The notes beneath the pieces are model-generated. The model saw only the letters and a program-made list of their open reading frames with translations. It did no database searches and had not been told where the DNA came from. A stretch of DNA of 64,000 nt, from positions 55,800,001-55,864,000 of the forward strand of contig OX597815.1 in assembly GCA_951406725.2 (NCBI GenBank), read 5' to 3'. Below are positions 39,178 to 53,104 of the stretch, piece by piece. Numbering within the stretch: position 1 is the stretch's first letter; each line of letters begins with the position of its first letter. Position numbers and translations under genes: made by a program. This DNA is from Octopus vulgaris (taxonomy: Eukaryota).

Positions 39178-42090
39178 GATTGATTGATTGATTGATTGAT
39201 TCTAGTTTCAGCTCATGAGCTGTGACCATGCTGGGGCACCGCCATTTGGTGTTGCTACTTGGTTTTACTTCACGAAAGCTTTTTAGCAACTGCCATTTGG
39301 TGTTGCTACATGGTTTTACTTCACAAAAGCTTTTTAGCAACTGCCATTTGGTGTATGAGAGAGTTCGATGCAGCTGCCCTCATCTGCACCTCCTGCCGTG
39401 AAGTTGGTTCATCTGGGACACCCGACAGGAAGAGATCCAGTTTCATTTTAAAGACATCTGCATCCACCCCATGCAGGTCTCTCAGGTTCTTCGGGAGGAT
39501 ATTGAAGAGCTGTGGGCCTCGGAAGCCCAGGCTATCACAGTATCTTGTCCTACATCTTGATGGCAAATTTGGAGTCCTAGGCACCACGCAGTGGCGCCCA
39601 GTTCTGGCATTTGTGTAACTCTCGATGCCAAAGTTTGGGACACGTCCCTCCAGGATCTTCCAGATGTATATTATGGCTTATCTTTCCCGCCTACGCTCTA
39701 AGGAATATAGTTTTAATCCCTTGAGTCTTTCCCAGAAGCTTACATTCTGCATAGAGGCTATCTTCTTCGTGTAGCTACGCTGGATCGCCTCGAGCTCCGT
39801 GATCAACTTGACACTGGATGGTGACCATAACTGAGAGCAATAGTCAAAGTGGCTTAGGACAAGTGTCCTCCAGAGGACCATCATGGTTTCTTGTTCTCTT
39901 GTTCTAAAGGTTCTGAGAATCCATCCGGCCAGTCGTCTACATTTCATTGCCAATTTAGCAACATGTACATGAAAGGTGGCGTCATCACTCATGTAAATAC
40001 CCAGGTCACGCACTGATTGTGCCTCTGGGATTGCTATTCCTCCGGGTCCAGTGTATTCATTGGGTATTGCATTTAGTTTTACATGCTGATAGTATAAAGC
40101 TTGAAACTTTTCAGCATTGAACTGCATGCTATTTTTTTCAGCCCACTTGTATATTTTGTCCAGCTCACATTGCAGGCGTTTAGTGTCCTCAGGGTTCTGT
40201 ATTGCCTGTGAAACTTTTGTATCATCTGCATAACTTGTGATCGTGGCTCTCTGCGTGGCTGAGGGCATGTCTGAGAGGGCCATTATGAACAGTAGTGGTC
40301 CCAGAACAGTGCCCTGCGGAACACCGCTCACTATTTGCGTGTTAATGGAAGTGGCCCCATTGGCTACTACCGCCTGACTGCTATCTTTCAGAAAGTCATG
40401 AAGCCATTCTCCCAGTTTTCCAACTATGTTGAGATCACGCAGTTTGTGACATATCATTCCATGATCGACTTTATCAAAGGCCTTTGCAAAGTCGAGATAT
40501 ATGACTTCCACATTTGAGTGGTTGAGCAGCCGTTTCAGCACCCAGTCATAGTGTTGTAGGAGCTGAGTTAAACAGCTTCTCCCTGGTCGGAAACCATGTT
40601 GGGTGTCGGGCAGCAAGTCATTTTCTTCAAGGAAGGTGATCAGTTTCCTTCTGACTATTCGTTCCATGACCTTGCTGATGTGTGAGGTCAGAGAGATAGG
40701 TCTTTAGTTCTTGGCCTCCGCTCTGCTACCTCCTTTATGAATGGGGCATATTTTACCTTCCTTCAGTTTTCTTGGAAGTTTGCCAGCTGCAAGGAAGCTC
40801 TGAAAGAGGAACTGCAGTGGTCTTGCTAGGACTCTCTTACATGCTTTTAGGAGGATTGCCGGGAATCCATCGGGGCCAGTAGCTGAGTCTGTTTTCATTT
40901 CATCTATAGCCTTGATTACATCGTCTTCCTTTATATCGATGTAATCTATCGTCGCCGCCTCTGATTTTATATCTGCAGTGGTAAAGAAGTCAGTTGGATT
41001 GGTGATTTGGAGATGCCCAAGGGGTGGAGTGAAAACACTCTTGAATTGCTCATTCAGTATTTCACTTACCCTCATTGGTTTTCCTGTAAGTGTGCCATCC
41101 TTTTCAAGGAGTGGCCCTATTCTACAGTGCACCGTAGCTGTTTCTTTGGCATACCTGTAGAAAGCTCTGGGGTTAGATTTTATGTTGTCTATAGCCCAGG
41201 CTTCTTTGTCTGCTCTTTCCTTTTCATGGGAGAGTTGCAGACATTTTTCAATTTCCCACAGTTTTATTTTTAGGCGGGACTTTTCACTGCTTTCAATCTG
41301 TTTGTTTAGACGATTTGAAATTTTTGTACGCCGTCTCATTAAAATTTTCCTCTCTCTGGGGATTTTGTTCTTGTGTACAGTGGCCTTTCTCTCTGGGACA
41401 CATTTGTAGCATATGGCTTGCATTACAGACATGAATTGTTGAAGTTTCACGTCGATGTCTGGCGAGGAGAGACGTTTAGGCCAGTTTTGTTTGAGGATCT
41501 CTTTCTCAATTTGTTTCCAGTTTGCCTTATGGTAGTTCAAGCTGGAAAGATTCTGAGGGTTTCTTGTAGGCTGCATGTCCGTGCTCTCTTTTGGCCCGTA
41601 CATGGTCAGCTCTACCATGTTGTGATCCGAGAGTAGTGTCGGTGTCACTTTCACATTATGGATGAGATCCATGTCATTTGTGAAGCAGAGATCCAGTGTG
41701 TTACCTGCCCTGGTTGGTTGGAGTATTACTTGCTCCATGTACAGGGTGTTGATGAGGTTCAGGAGGGACCTCGCCTGTCCTCGTTCACATCTTGTCATTC
41801 CTGGGAGAGAAAGGCCCTCGGGCCATCTGACATTGGGTAGATTGAAGTCTCCCATAAGAAGTACACTTATGTGTTGTTCTAATGTGATTAGAACTTCTTC
41901 TATTTTTATAAGGCAGTCTTCAAACTTGCCCACATGGCTTGGGGCATCTGGAGGGCGATATGTAGCACACACAACTACATCAAGTTGCCTTATATGTACA
42001 ATTAGTGTGTCACACACCGAGTTTGAGTATGACAAGAGGACCTGGGGTGTGAGGTCCTCACGGATGTACATAGCAACTCCTCCATGATTG
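39178..42090 (-). mobile_element. CR1/L2-group LINE, 5'-truncated and young, with an (AATC)n tail
   Basis: APE motifs (YRPP, LMGDFNLP, LDLCFT, SDH), RT motifs (YLDFAKAFD, GVPQGTVLGP, YADD), C-terminal LYSLERRRER, and a tandem-repeat 3' end. Confidence 0.95.
39321..42090 (-). pseudogene. LINE ORF2 (endonuclease-RT), one frame with two in-frame stops
   Basis: ORFs 40704-42125, 39678-40667 and 39321-39587 share a frame; stops fall at KN*RPISL and RER*AII, where Tyr is expected. Confidence 0.9.
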
Positions 42091-42265
42091 ATCTTTCTAA
42101 ATATTTCATTCCTCAACTTACTCAAGATCTTTTGTTGTTTATAAATGGGAGAGAGATAGATAAAGATAGAGAGTAAGAGAAAGCGAGGGAGAGTCCGAGA
42201 GAAAGGAAGAGTAAGAGAGTGGGGAAAGTGAGAGAGAAAGGAGAGAGAAACAAAGATGGAGAATT

Positions 42266-42575
42266 ATCATCATCATCATCGTCGTTTAACGTCCATTTTC
42301 CGTGCTAGCATGGGTTGGACAGTTTGACAGGGGTCTGGGAAGCCAGGAGGCTGCACCAGGCTCCAGTCTGATCTGGCAGTGTTTCTACAGCTGGATGCCC
42401 TTCCTAACGCCAACCACTCTGTGAGCGTAGTGGGTGCTTTTTTCGTGCTGCCGGCACAGGTGCCAGGGGTCTGGCAGCGGCCACGATCGGTTGGTGCTTT
42501 TTACGTGCCACCGGCACAGAAGCCAGTCAAGGCGGCTCTGCAATCGGCCACGTTTGGATGGTGCTTTTTACGTGC
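42266..42575 (-). mobile_element. SINE 3' part with RTE-like tail and (GAT)n end
   Basis: Reverse complement reads ggttggcgttaggaagggcatccagctgtag...ccaacccatgctagcacggaaaatggacgttaaacgacgatgatgatg. Confidence 0.65.
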
Positions 42576-42599
42576 TGAAAGGAAGCAACAGGAAGTAAC

Positions 42600-42643
42600 A
42601 ACCACACTCTTACCCGCGCGTAGAGCGGGTCACCTTCAGCTAG
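42600..42643 (+). mobile_element. Helitron 3' terminus
   Basis: Hairpin acccgc-gcgtaga-gcgggt (42612-42630), then CTAG at 42640-42643, followed by T. Confidence 0.65.
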
Positions 42644-43232
42644 TATATATATATATATAAATTATATATATATACATACATACATACATATATATATATT
42701 CATACATACATACATACATACATACATACATACATACATACATACATACATACATACATACATACATACATACATACATACATACACACACATACATAAA
42801 GAGAAGTAGAGCATGGGAAGAGATATAGTAAATGCTAAGATCAGACACGAGGCAAAGATCAAGAAAGATGAAAATGTGGAAGATGAGTAGGGGAGAAAGA
42901 GATTGAGACAAAGAGAAATCGAAGGCAAATTTCAGTAGCATTCGTGGATTTAGAACTGAGTCAATTAACATGATGAACATTGAAACCACTAAAAAACAAT
43001 ATTCATTGAAGGACAAAACAGAAAGTACCTGGTTAGTTTCGTCAGATACAATATTAACAAGATCACGACCTTGAGAGATAAAAAAGCGATAAAGGAGAAA
43101 AGACGATTGGTAGAATGTAGGAGGAGCCAGCAATATTATACACAGAATGGTCAAGAGATTCAAACCCAGATTCTTGAGGCACTAAAGTAATTTATGATGA
43201 ATTAAAATATTTACAGTTAAGAGAGAGAGGGA

Positions 43233-43288
<56 letters not shown>

Positions 43289-44079
43289 GAGAGAAAAAGA
43301 GAGAATCATAGACAAAGAAATCTAAACAAGAAATGCCAAGATTCAAGTTAGTCTTGCATAGGGCAAAGTGACCAGAAGAATTTATTGTTGAAAAGATTCA
43401 CCATAGGAAAAGTTAGAATGAAGGCTTCAAATATTAGTGAAATACAAAATCACAGGTTTGGGTTTTGGATGTGATGTTTGTTTTCCGTGCATATGTAAAT
43501 ATGTTTTCCGTGCATATGTAAAGTCATTATGTAAATCAAGAAAAAGAATTTACAAGGAGCCCGTCCAACTACTGAAATGCCCAACAGATACGCCTGCAGT
43601 ATCTCACCTCTTATGCGCGACATGATCGTAAAATTACCCTGATGGAATAGCCTCACTTAGTGCTACAACAGAACTGTGGCTCCTTGCTACCAGCCAGTCT
43701 CAAAACCAAAAACTAAGATTAGTCCTGTGCCCTCAACAAGAGATAATATAGAAGCACACATAACAAATCCCTCAATCTGTGAAGAATTTGCCTTGCGTCA
43801 AGTATTCATTATTTCTTTGAATTTGAATATATCTTTGAATCAACGAAACTCGTTCGAATGTGGATAACCATTATCTGTGATGTTAAAATGCTTATGAAGT
43901 CATATTTTTTAAATGTTCGATTCTTTTAGTATCCATCCTGCAATTTCTTTCGACAATCAAACATTATTTAATCCCCTGCAATTTCATAATGGAATCTTTT
44001 CTTTTTCGTTCTCTATGTGGATTTTTGAGCCAACTTATTTCATTTTCAATCTGATTGAGTTGATATTTATGTATATATT

Positions 44080-45400
44080 GCATATTTTCATATCTAATTC
44101 AAAAAGCACGATTAAATGAGAAGCAGTTACCTATGTAGATTACTTTTCTGTAAGTATAGATGATGGGAAAGCCTTGGCTACTTTAACTGGAATAAACGAA
44201 TAACTAAGTATTAATAAGTTTTAAATGTCTCCAGTATACCTTTGACCCTAGCGGGCTACCTAAGTGTACATTTTTCTATCTCCAAAATTCTTTATGGAGC
44301 AGCTACTAGTGCTGATAAGTTCTACAAGACTATTTTTACTACTGATTTATGGATGTCATTGCAAAATTTCTTTAGAGTCAGTGCTAAAGATTTGATTTTA
44401 TTGCATTATACTGCATTTAGGACTGAAAGACAAGGTATAGAGTTCCAGAAAATCACCAGATCTATAGTATGCATTTGGAGCAACTTCCCTATTCTTTGCA
44501 TCGAAGACCAGATATTTTATATGATGTAGCGCTTCATCATAAGACTGACCGTAAATACAGTTTCTGACAGCCTTGCGTTTTAAATTGCTGGAGGAAAATG
44601 TTGAAATAGATCTTCAGCCATTTTGCCAGGTAATCCGCTGAACTGTATAAATCGCTTCCCTGCATCACTATGTATATATTACACGAATAAAGGAAATTTA
44701 TCAGTCCTGACATCAGTAGTAGCACTTTAATAAGAACCAAGACATTTGTTCTTGAGAAACCAAAACTTTGATACTTGCGATGATCATGAAATGCCAATCC
44801 GTGTCTTCCAAAGAGAGAACCGCATCTATTAGAATCGCCCTGATTTTCTTTGTTTCTATTCTTTCCATATACACAAGGTAAGACAAGGTAGTCCTTTTGT
44901 GGAACAAACGAAATATAACAGGAACAAGATCTTTCACCGCTTTTTGTGAGTTTCATATTTTTCAGTTTTGTATGTGCCTTTAACAGAGGTCTTAGAACCA
45001 GTTTTTGGATGACATCAAACATCCGATCAATTGGCAAAAATACAACAAACAAAACAAAGCATTGTGTTTGCCCTTCGTCCATAAACTAGTCAAAGCCTAT
45101 ACATTTCACAAGCACTTATTCTTTTCTTGTACCAACTGCACTGATATGACGTCCAGTTCCATGTTTTGGAACACCCCCGAAATTATTTGGCTAAGAGCAA
45201 GTATGAGTTCATGTTACATGTGTTTCATAAATCCAGTAGGGATCTATTGGATATTCCATATGTATATCAATGATTGCTAATAGTTTTATTTTGTCATCTT
45301 CTTCGTCTGGATGATATTCTGCTAAAGTAGTTACATCTTTGAGGGAATCTATTTCCACCACAGCGGCAATAGCCAGGATGCTGTCTTCAGCTCTTAGAAT
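44080..45400 (-). pseudogene. Degraded hAT-family (ZMYM1/DUF4371-like) transposase
   Basis: Across frameshifts: GRH.S..WY...L*LVY...LCFVCCIF (TTF zinc finger), GRHGLAFHDH (cf. RQGLAFRGH), NCIYGQSYDEA (cf. CRGQSYD.A), EVAPNAYY. Confidence 0.65.
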
Positions 45401-45879
45401 GAACATAGGCATTAGCAATTATTTCGAATAAAAAAGACTGCGTCTCATCTCCGACACACAGGAGTTTTTTCCTATTTGGTTGATCTTTCTATAAGCCGGT
45501 GATTTAAAATGGAGACTAATTAAGTAATAAAGTAATCCGATCCAGTTAATCACATTCATATCAATCCACTTTTCTACTTCTCATTTCATTTCTGATGAGA
45601 ATCAAATAGGATTTATGCCACTAATTTTGAAATCTTTCAACAATTGTTGTCGGACACACTGAGCATAAGTAATATATGGTGTCGATATACACATGTATGT
45701 ATGTATGTATGTATGTATGTATGTATGTATGTATGTATGTATGTATGTATGTATGTATGTATGTATGTATGTATGTATGTATGTATGTATGCATGCATGT
45801 ATAAGTACATACATATATAGTTATCAAAATATCTCAGAGATAAGTCCTTTGTTGGGAATTTATTTTATTCTTTTTTTAT

Positions 45880-46600
45880 CTACAAGATCTAGAGGAAGTG
45901 TCAGCGCACAAGCAAGTAGTTTCCACAGAAAATTTGCATGTCAGACTCAGTTGAAAGCTTACTGATGTTCAGGCAACAACAATGCATTTTACCAAATTTC
46001 TGTAAGGAGAAAGCTCATTGATAGGTGATGAGAGAGTAGATAACCAGTGAATCTGGTTTATGAAAACAGTTCTGGTGGTCTTCGAGGAGAGTTAGAGGTT
46101 CAAGGTTGAGTTGGAGGATATTGTTGTTTATAGCTGTCTTTCTTACCTTAAAAATACAGAATGTGATTACACTATGGCAATTGTTTGCATAATCAGAAGA
46201 GTTACCTTTCATGGTTATGAGACGCATTGTAGCTTGTTTCCAAAGAAAAGGCTAGATCTCCGTAGAGTGAGAGACTAGATAAGGGTTAGCATTGCAATGG
46301 AAATGACATTGTCAAGGCAGCAGCCCTTGTAGGCTTAAGATGGTCGAAGGTACTTTAGAATGTATCATGTGTCCAACTAAAAAGTTGATGGGTGTTCTTA
46401 CAGTTTAAAGGCAGTATATCTCGAGGGCTGTACAGTGCCTGTCGTTATCTTTTTTAGTTCGGATAGTAGGTTTTTGAGAGTTGCATTTTTAGGTAAATGC
46501 CTCCCGGTTTCGCAGGGTGGATGAGCTTCTCCAGAGATTATAGCTTTTTTTTTCCTGAACATGGTAAAAAGTCCTTTAAGGTCCGTTAATCTATAATTTC
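45880..46600 (-). mobile_element. Highly degraded LINE RT fragment
   Basis: WKQATMRLITMKGNSSDYANN...LLEDHQNCF corresponds to WK.A...PI.K.G...NYRPI...L.D.Q.GF. Confidence 0.55.
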
Positions 46601-46604
46601 TGAA

Positions 46605-46669
<65 letters not shown>

Positions 46670-46750
46670 CTCTCTTTGTATCTATATATACAGAGTGAGA
46701 GAGAGGGTGAGACAAACAGAGGACGAGTAATTCAATAAGATGCTTTAGTG

Positions 46751-46838
<88 letters not shown>

Positions 46839-47752
46839 TGTATGTATGTATGTATCTATGTATCTATGTATCTATGTATGTATACTACACACACATATAC
46901 ATACACATATATCAATCAAATACCAAAGAATTAAAATGTTTTCTGTTACAATTTTGTTTATATATTCTTAATATTATCTTTGCTATTTTGTTAAAAAAAA
47001 GTGTCGTTAACTAGAAAATAAAAAGAAGAGGAAATATTTACTGTCCTAGTCTAAATGCATATGACGTCACATTATATTTTAGACTTCAACACATTTTTCA
47101 CATGTCGAATTCGTGTTTAGTTTTGATTTCATAACATGAAGCAGATGAATGATAAATCTCGCTTTGAATATGAAACTAATCTATTGCACATAGCATTCTT
47201 AGACAATATGTTGTCCAGTCCTGTTAACAAGTAATGTATGTCGAAGTGTTCCTCTCGCAGTCTTTTCTATTTTGTCTAAAATTCAAATGGTTTATTTAGT
47301 CTTGCAACGTCCAGAGTCGATAAATTTATCACCAGGAAAATATTTGAGTTGTCCTTTTCATCGCTATTATTGCTGTTATTGTTTATTCCTGATCAATCCT
47401 GATTGATCAAAAGTGAGTTATAATCAAAAGCGAGTTATCAGACTTTATGGTGTCCAGTGTATCCTCCTATATCTAAGAGTGTGATTTTAATAGAGTTGGC
47501 TGCTATTTCCTGCAGGCCTTGTAACAGCGTGGAGGACCCCTGTTGGCTCGTTGATTCAACAGATAAGCGCGTTTTTAGTTGTATGTCTTGTCAAAAATAA
47601 CAACTATGATATTAAATTTAAATAATTACTTATGAAACCTGGGAAATTGAAACAATAGATGAGAACAGGTTTATAGACATGAATCACAACAGACACTAAC
47701 ACCCACATGGAACTGCAGACGATTGGATGTCTGATGTTTCTCATTGTACATA

Positions 47753-47829
47753 CAGGGTACGGCAGAAAGATTACCCCGATTTCAAAGGTTAATAATTTGA
47801 AATCGCGGCAACTTTTCTGCCGCACCCTG
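47753..47829. mobile_element. 77 bp palindromic Tc1/mariner MITE (MADE-like architecture)
   Basis: cagggtacggcagaaag...gatttcaaa / tttgaaatc...ctgccgcaccctg with TA on both flanks. Confidence 0.85.
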
Positions 47830-48882
47830 TATCTGGTTTAAGGAGTTCAAAAGCAGTGGAGAGCAAAAAAAAATTTTAATATTTAAATAAAATTAAAATA
47901 AAAAAATTTTTAAATGTTGGATTAAATGCCTTTTTTTTTTGTAAATTCATTTCTCTACATTCTATTATCATAGATTAAAAGTTAAATTCCAACGAACCGA
48001 GTTCACCACACTGCTTAATGTTTCTTTGCCTTTCATTTTACGTATAAAAATGTAGTTTAAATGTTATTTCATATCACTGGATATTTTGAAAATCTAGTTT
48101 GTTTTTTGACTATGTTAGATTCTGCAGGTAAAATTAATCGAGAAAGAAAGTTTACAGAAACATTAGCTAAATACAACTCTAAATTAGAATCTGTGGTACC
48201 AAATGGTGCTGAAAAGTGTTAGTCATTAGCATACTTGTCAAACTGGTTCCATAATTTAGAATTGCACAACATGAGACTGTCCATCAGAAGTCACAACAAA
48301 AATACGCACTTATAATCTCTTTACGTTGACATTGTATTTAATGTCAACAAAATATTCGAGGGTTATCTTCGCCTCTTCCATCTCTTGCTACGTCATTACC
48401 AAAACCCTTGACAGTTGAGCATTTATCTCTCTCTACACTCTCACTGCCTATCGCTAAATCTTTACTATACGTAAATTATACTCTTTTAGAGGAAGGGAGT
48501 GTCTTGAAGTAAAAAAAAATCAGCACTGGAACGCCTCTCAAATGTTCAAAGAAAGAAAAATGGAGAGAAAAAATGGGAACGGAAAGAGAATAGTGACCAG
48601 CTCGTTTAAAATTTCCATAGGACTACCAATCATGGCTACTTCTGACTCTTTTGAATTAAATCCTCTTCATCTGCAAGGGCATAGGCTAATGTATAATACA
48701 TCTGCATATAGAAAATTAATATTACTTACCAGAGAGCTGAAGGACCTATAACATAAAGTTATATAAATGTCATTAGAATATTGTGCCATAGTTTAAAACA
48801 AATTAACAAAATGATCAAGCAAAGAAATCAACAAATTAAAGAGAATACGCATATACATGACTGCAAAAGTCTCTTATGAAGG

Positions 48883-49950
48883 TATAGCGTAGCTCGGTGA
48901 TATCCTCACTGTTTGAGGAGATCATAGAAATGATATTGTGTCAGATAGCAGCCATTTTTCGGCTGCTTGGGACCGGTTGTGTCCGCTGCCCTGATTGGTT
49001 GGTTTTGGTGCAGTTTTATTTCGCACCAGTGTGTAAGCCAACCAATCACGGCCTTCGGATAAAGGTCCCATGACACAGTCTCTTGGATTTTTTGTAGAGC
49101 CTGCCTTTTGCTTTAAAATGCTTCAGCAATTCACTATATCTCGTCTTTGGTCTTCGACCATTGATCACAACCAGACCAGCCAGTTCCAGCGAGATAGCCA
49201 TGTTCCTGTGACAGCCAGCGACGACACCAACATGCAGCATCTCAGGACCGTTCTCCACCGTCGCCTTCCTCTCAACGTCGCCTTTCTCCACCGTCTCCAT
49301 CACCATCGTCGACTTCACTTTGACGCCGTCATTACCACCGTCGCCTTAGCTTATCGACATCACCAACATGTCTACGTACATACCAACACCAACATCGTTC
49401 CGGGTTCATTTTACGCTGTTGTGTATACACACCAAGGTTAAGAGCTCAGCTCTACCTGCGAGAAATTTCTGTGCCAAAGCAACCTGGCAATGGATTGAAG
49501 CCACATCTTCTACACGCGTAGTAACCGCTCTCCTCTTTGCCACCAACATCATTGATACAGAACTAACTACTATTGTGTATTTTACGAACTGGTAATTAAC
49601 TCCATCTTGTCTGAACATTCATTTGTATCCTGAGAGACACATTTCTATTTGTTCTCTATTGTTCCTTATTGTTCTTCTGTACTCACACACGAACACACAG
49701 ATACACACATATGCCGCACGCACTCAGACATACTCTGCTAGCACACATACACGCTCTTGTTATGTACACATCCTGTAAATAAAGTCTTCTTTCTCTCAAA
49801 CAGTAAACGGTTGTGTCGTCTTCCTTATTCATTGTGGAAATCTTATTCTTTTATGCCCCATATTTGGCTATCTTCTTTTGTAGGCGACCGTGCGGCGTTT
49901 AAAAGGAGACATTTCTGTCACCAACTCCTTTACGTACGGTCGTCACTACA
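48883..49950 (+). mobile_element. Solo LTR, ~1.07 kb
   Basis: Termini tatagcg...cactaca (near-inverted, cf. TGTAGTG...CACTACA), 4 bp TSD AAGG on both sides, AATAAA near 49778, GC-richer than the flanks. Confidence 0.75.
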
Positions 49951-50939
49951 AAGGTTTGTCAAGTTGAATTATAGCATCATGGATTATAGTAGTGGATTAT
50001 AGTATCCCAAACATAACTCATTGGATGCACATGCACGACAATACGTTTCACCTCTTATATAGGATTGTCTTTCTGTAATTCAGAATGTTTTTAAATAGTC
50101 ACGACTCCCCTAATGAATGCTATGAATAGTGCCCTGTCTAATCGGCCCTGGGTCGAAGATGTGACACAAAATACAGCGTACACAAATGAAAAACGGTTTT
50201 ACAAAAGACTATTACACACAAATTCGTTCAATATTACTTTTAGGCAAACAAACACTAGATCAGTTCTTTTAGGGGAAAGGAATCGAATCCAAGCACTATT
50301 TTACCGATAAGGTGAAATGAAATCAAATTCTGGTCTTGGGAGATTTCAACACAGAGCATCTAGGTACCATATTGGATATGAAAAAAAGGACACTCAAAAC
50401 GAGAAGAAACAACATTGTAAAGTTTGTGTTTTTCAAATGGCATAAGTGAAAATGATACAGCTATAACTAGGATTTGAAATCGAATGACAGTAGATTCAAG
50501 TAGTCGAGAATGTTTTGTTATTTTAGAGGGTTATTTATCCTTAAAACTAATGACAGCAACAACAATAATTTTGATAATAATGTCAATAATTACAAAATAA
50601 AAACAACAACGAAATAGCATCTATGTTTCCTGATAGTAATTGAAATTGAGCAAAGTAATTAAGTTAGAAACAAAATAGCCATTGAAGTTACATATGCAAA
50701 TATTTTCCTATTTATAAAGGCAGCTTCTCACGTGAAAATTTAGTGGGATAAATCTAAATGAAACTCAGCTTCGTCATATTTTCTAAAGAATTATGAGATC
50801 ACATTACTCTCAGATACCGATTTTGAAAGTTTTAGCAAACGCATTCAAATAAACTAAACGATTTTCCTAGCCCGTGTTTGTAAAGTTAATTCAGCTTCTG
50901 TATATGCGTCTTCTTTAGGTTGGTTGCTAACCATTAACT

Positions 50940-51160
50940 TATCGAATGTATGACCGATGAGTCGAAATTCTGGATACCATCCGCTGAGTTAATAAATACT
51001 CCATCTAAATACGACCTGGATGACCAAGTCCCCATTAGCACATTCGGAGAATGTATCTGTCGGACATATAGAATCTTCTGAGTAGGATATTCCAACCAGT
51101 ACCCAAGATGCCGTTCCAATCGCCCACTATCACTAGACTACGTCTAGATATGAAAACGTT
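50940..51160 (-). mobile_element. Old Tx1-like endonuclease fragment
   Basis: SPNVLMGTWSSRSYLDGVFI resembles RPNVPMW...SSRSYLDR at ~15020-15080. Confidence 0.5.
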
Positions 51161-51699
51161 TGGCCATTTGCCTCAGTCAGAGGATAAATGGATACTAACT
51201 TGAATATATTGGATTTTCTTCGACAGAAATCAGGAATTGTTCCATGCAGACCCACGGCTAAAGTCAAGGTATTGAATGAGCGTGTATATTTTTATTTCGT
51301 ATGCAACAAATAACAGATCCCTTTCCGTTAAAACCGCATCTTACCATCTGTGAAGGGCAATGTAGTCCCTTAAACACAGTGCTTAAGAAATTATGGGATA
51401 ATCACAGATATGAAGTCTTTTAACTACGCAAATAGACGCAATCAGGTCAGAATTGAGACTGAACAATAACAACAACCACTTCGGTATAGTTTGCAGTGTC
51501 CACAAGTATCTGGGTCATGACAGACGTTCCTTATATCAAATAAAGCACTTCAAAATCGTAAGGGGCTTTGCAGCTTTAAAGAAAATCTGATCAAGAGACC
51601 TGAAGCTGAAATGTCATCTTAACATCCATAATGCGAGAGGCTTCCATTGCAACACAGAATCGACCCTTTCTGACAGCGGATGATAAAACTTCTTTAGTG

Positions 51700-52430
51700 A
51701 CTTTTTCGTCCTGAATAAGAAATTCTGTTATAAATAAGAAATTCTGTTTGCCACTTTACTGATATTACATTCGTCGAAGTCATATTCTTCACCTGTTGAA
51801 TGGCACGGCATCTGGTACTGATAGAATCCCGTGAGAATTGTATATGTATGATGGTGTTCAGTTAAGTAGAAATTTCATGTTCTTGTTCTGACAAAAGACG
51901 ATTATGTGAATCTTACAAGTTAGAGACGCCATTACAATGTAGCTTTGTAGACTTTATCTATAATCATCTTGTTGACATTGTATTCATGGAAAACAATGTG
52001 GTTGTATACGGAATTATGATTGTAATTTTCTAAAAGACAGGGTAACTCTTCCAATTATGTGCTACTGCAGACCAAGTAACTCTGTATCATATCGTCACCA
52101 TTTTTCACATACTTAGCAAACAGATGCGTTGGATGACGAGAAATCAATGCAGACTGCAAAAGTCAGTACAGATTTTAGTAACTATTTTTGTTGCTTGTAG
52201 AACTCTTATGCTGTATCCCTTGCGACCAAAATGAATGTCTACACGATAGTAAAAATATCTCCACTATTGTATGGCTTGGAGATTTGGACTTCATAAAGGA
52301 AACTAGTAGAGATTTTGAGAGCTTCCGTATGAAATGCCTGTGTGTTAGAGATATGACATGGAAAGACAAGATCAAAAATAGCAGCTCTCTTACAAAATGC
52401 AGCTTGGAATATATTGAAACTTCCTTATTC
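51700..52430 (-). pseudogene. Possible highly decayed hAT (Charlie-like) transposase
   Basis: Weak motifs only: ELLF, LH*FL.HPTHLFAK (cf. HC..HR.HL.AK). Confidence 0.3.
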
Positions 52431-52538
52431 AAATCCCATTTCCTTTTTCAGAATGAACTTTATTTCTCTCCTGTCATTAGCGATGTTTTTATTATTATTA
52501 TTATTATTATTGTTGTTGTTGTTGTTGTTATTATTATT

Positions 52539-53104
<566 letters not shown>

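Noticed and set aside
44537-45082. 181 aa ORF as a novel or viral protein
   Set aside because: Better explained as a mixed-frame read through a degraded hAT transposase
49070-49441. 123 aa His/Arg-rich ORF
   Set aside because: Lies inside the solo LTR's low-complexity GC-richer segment and has no domain motifs
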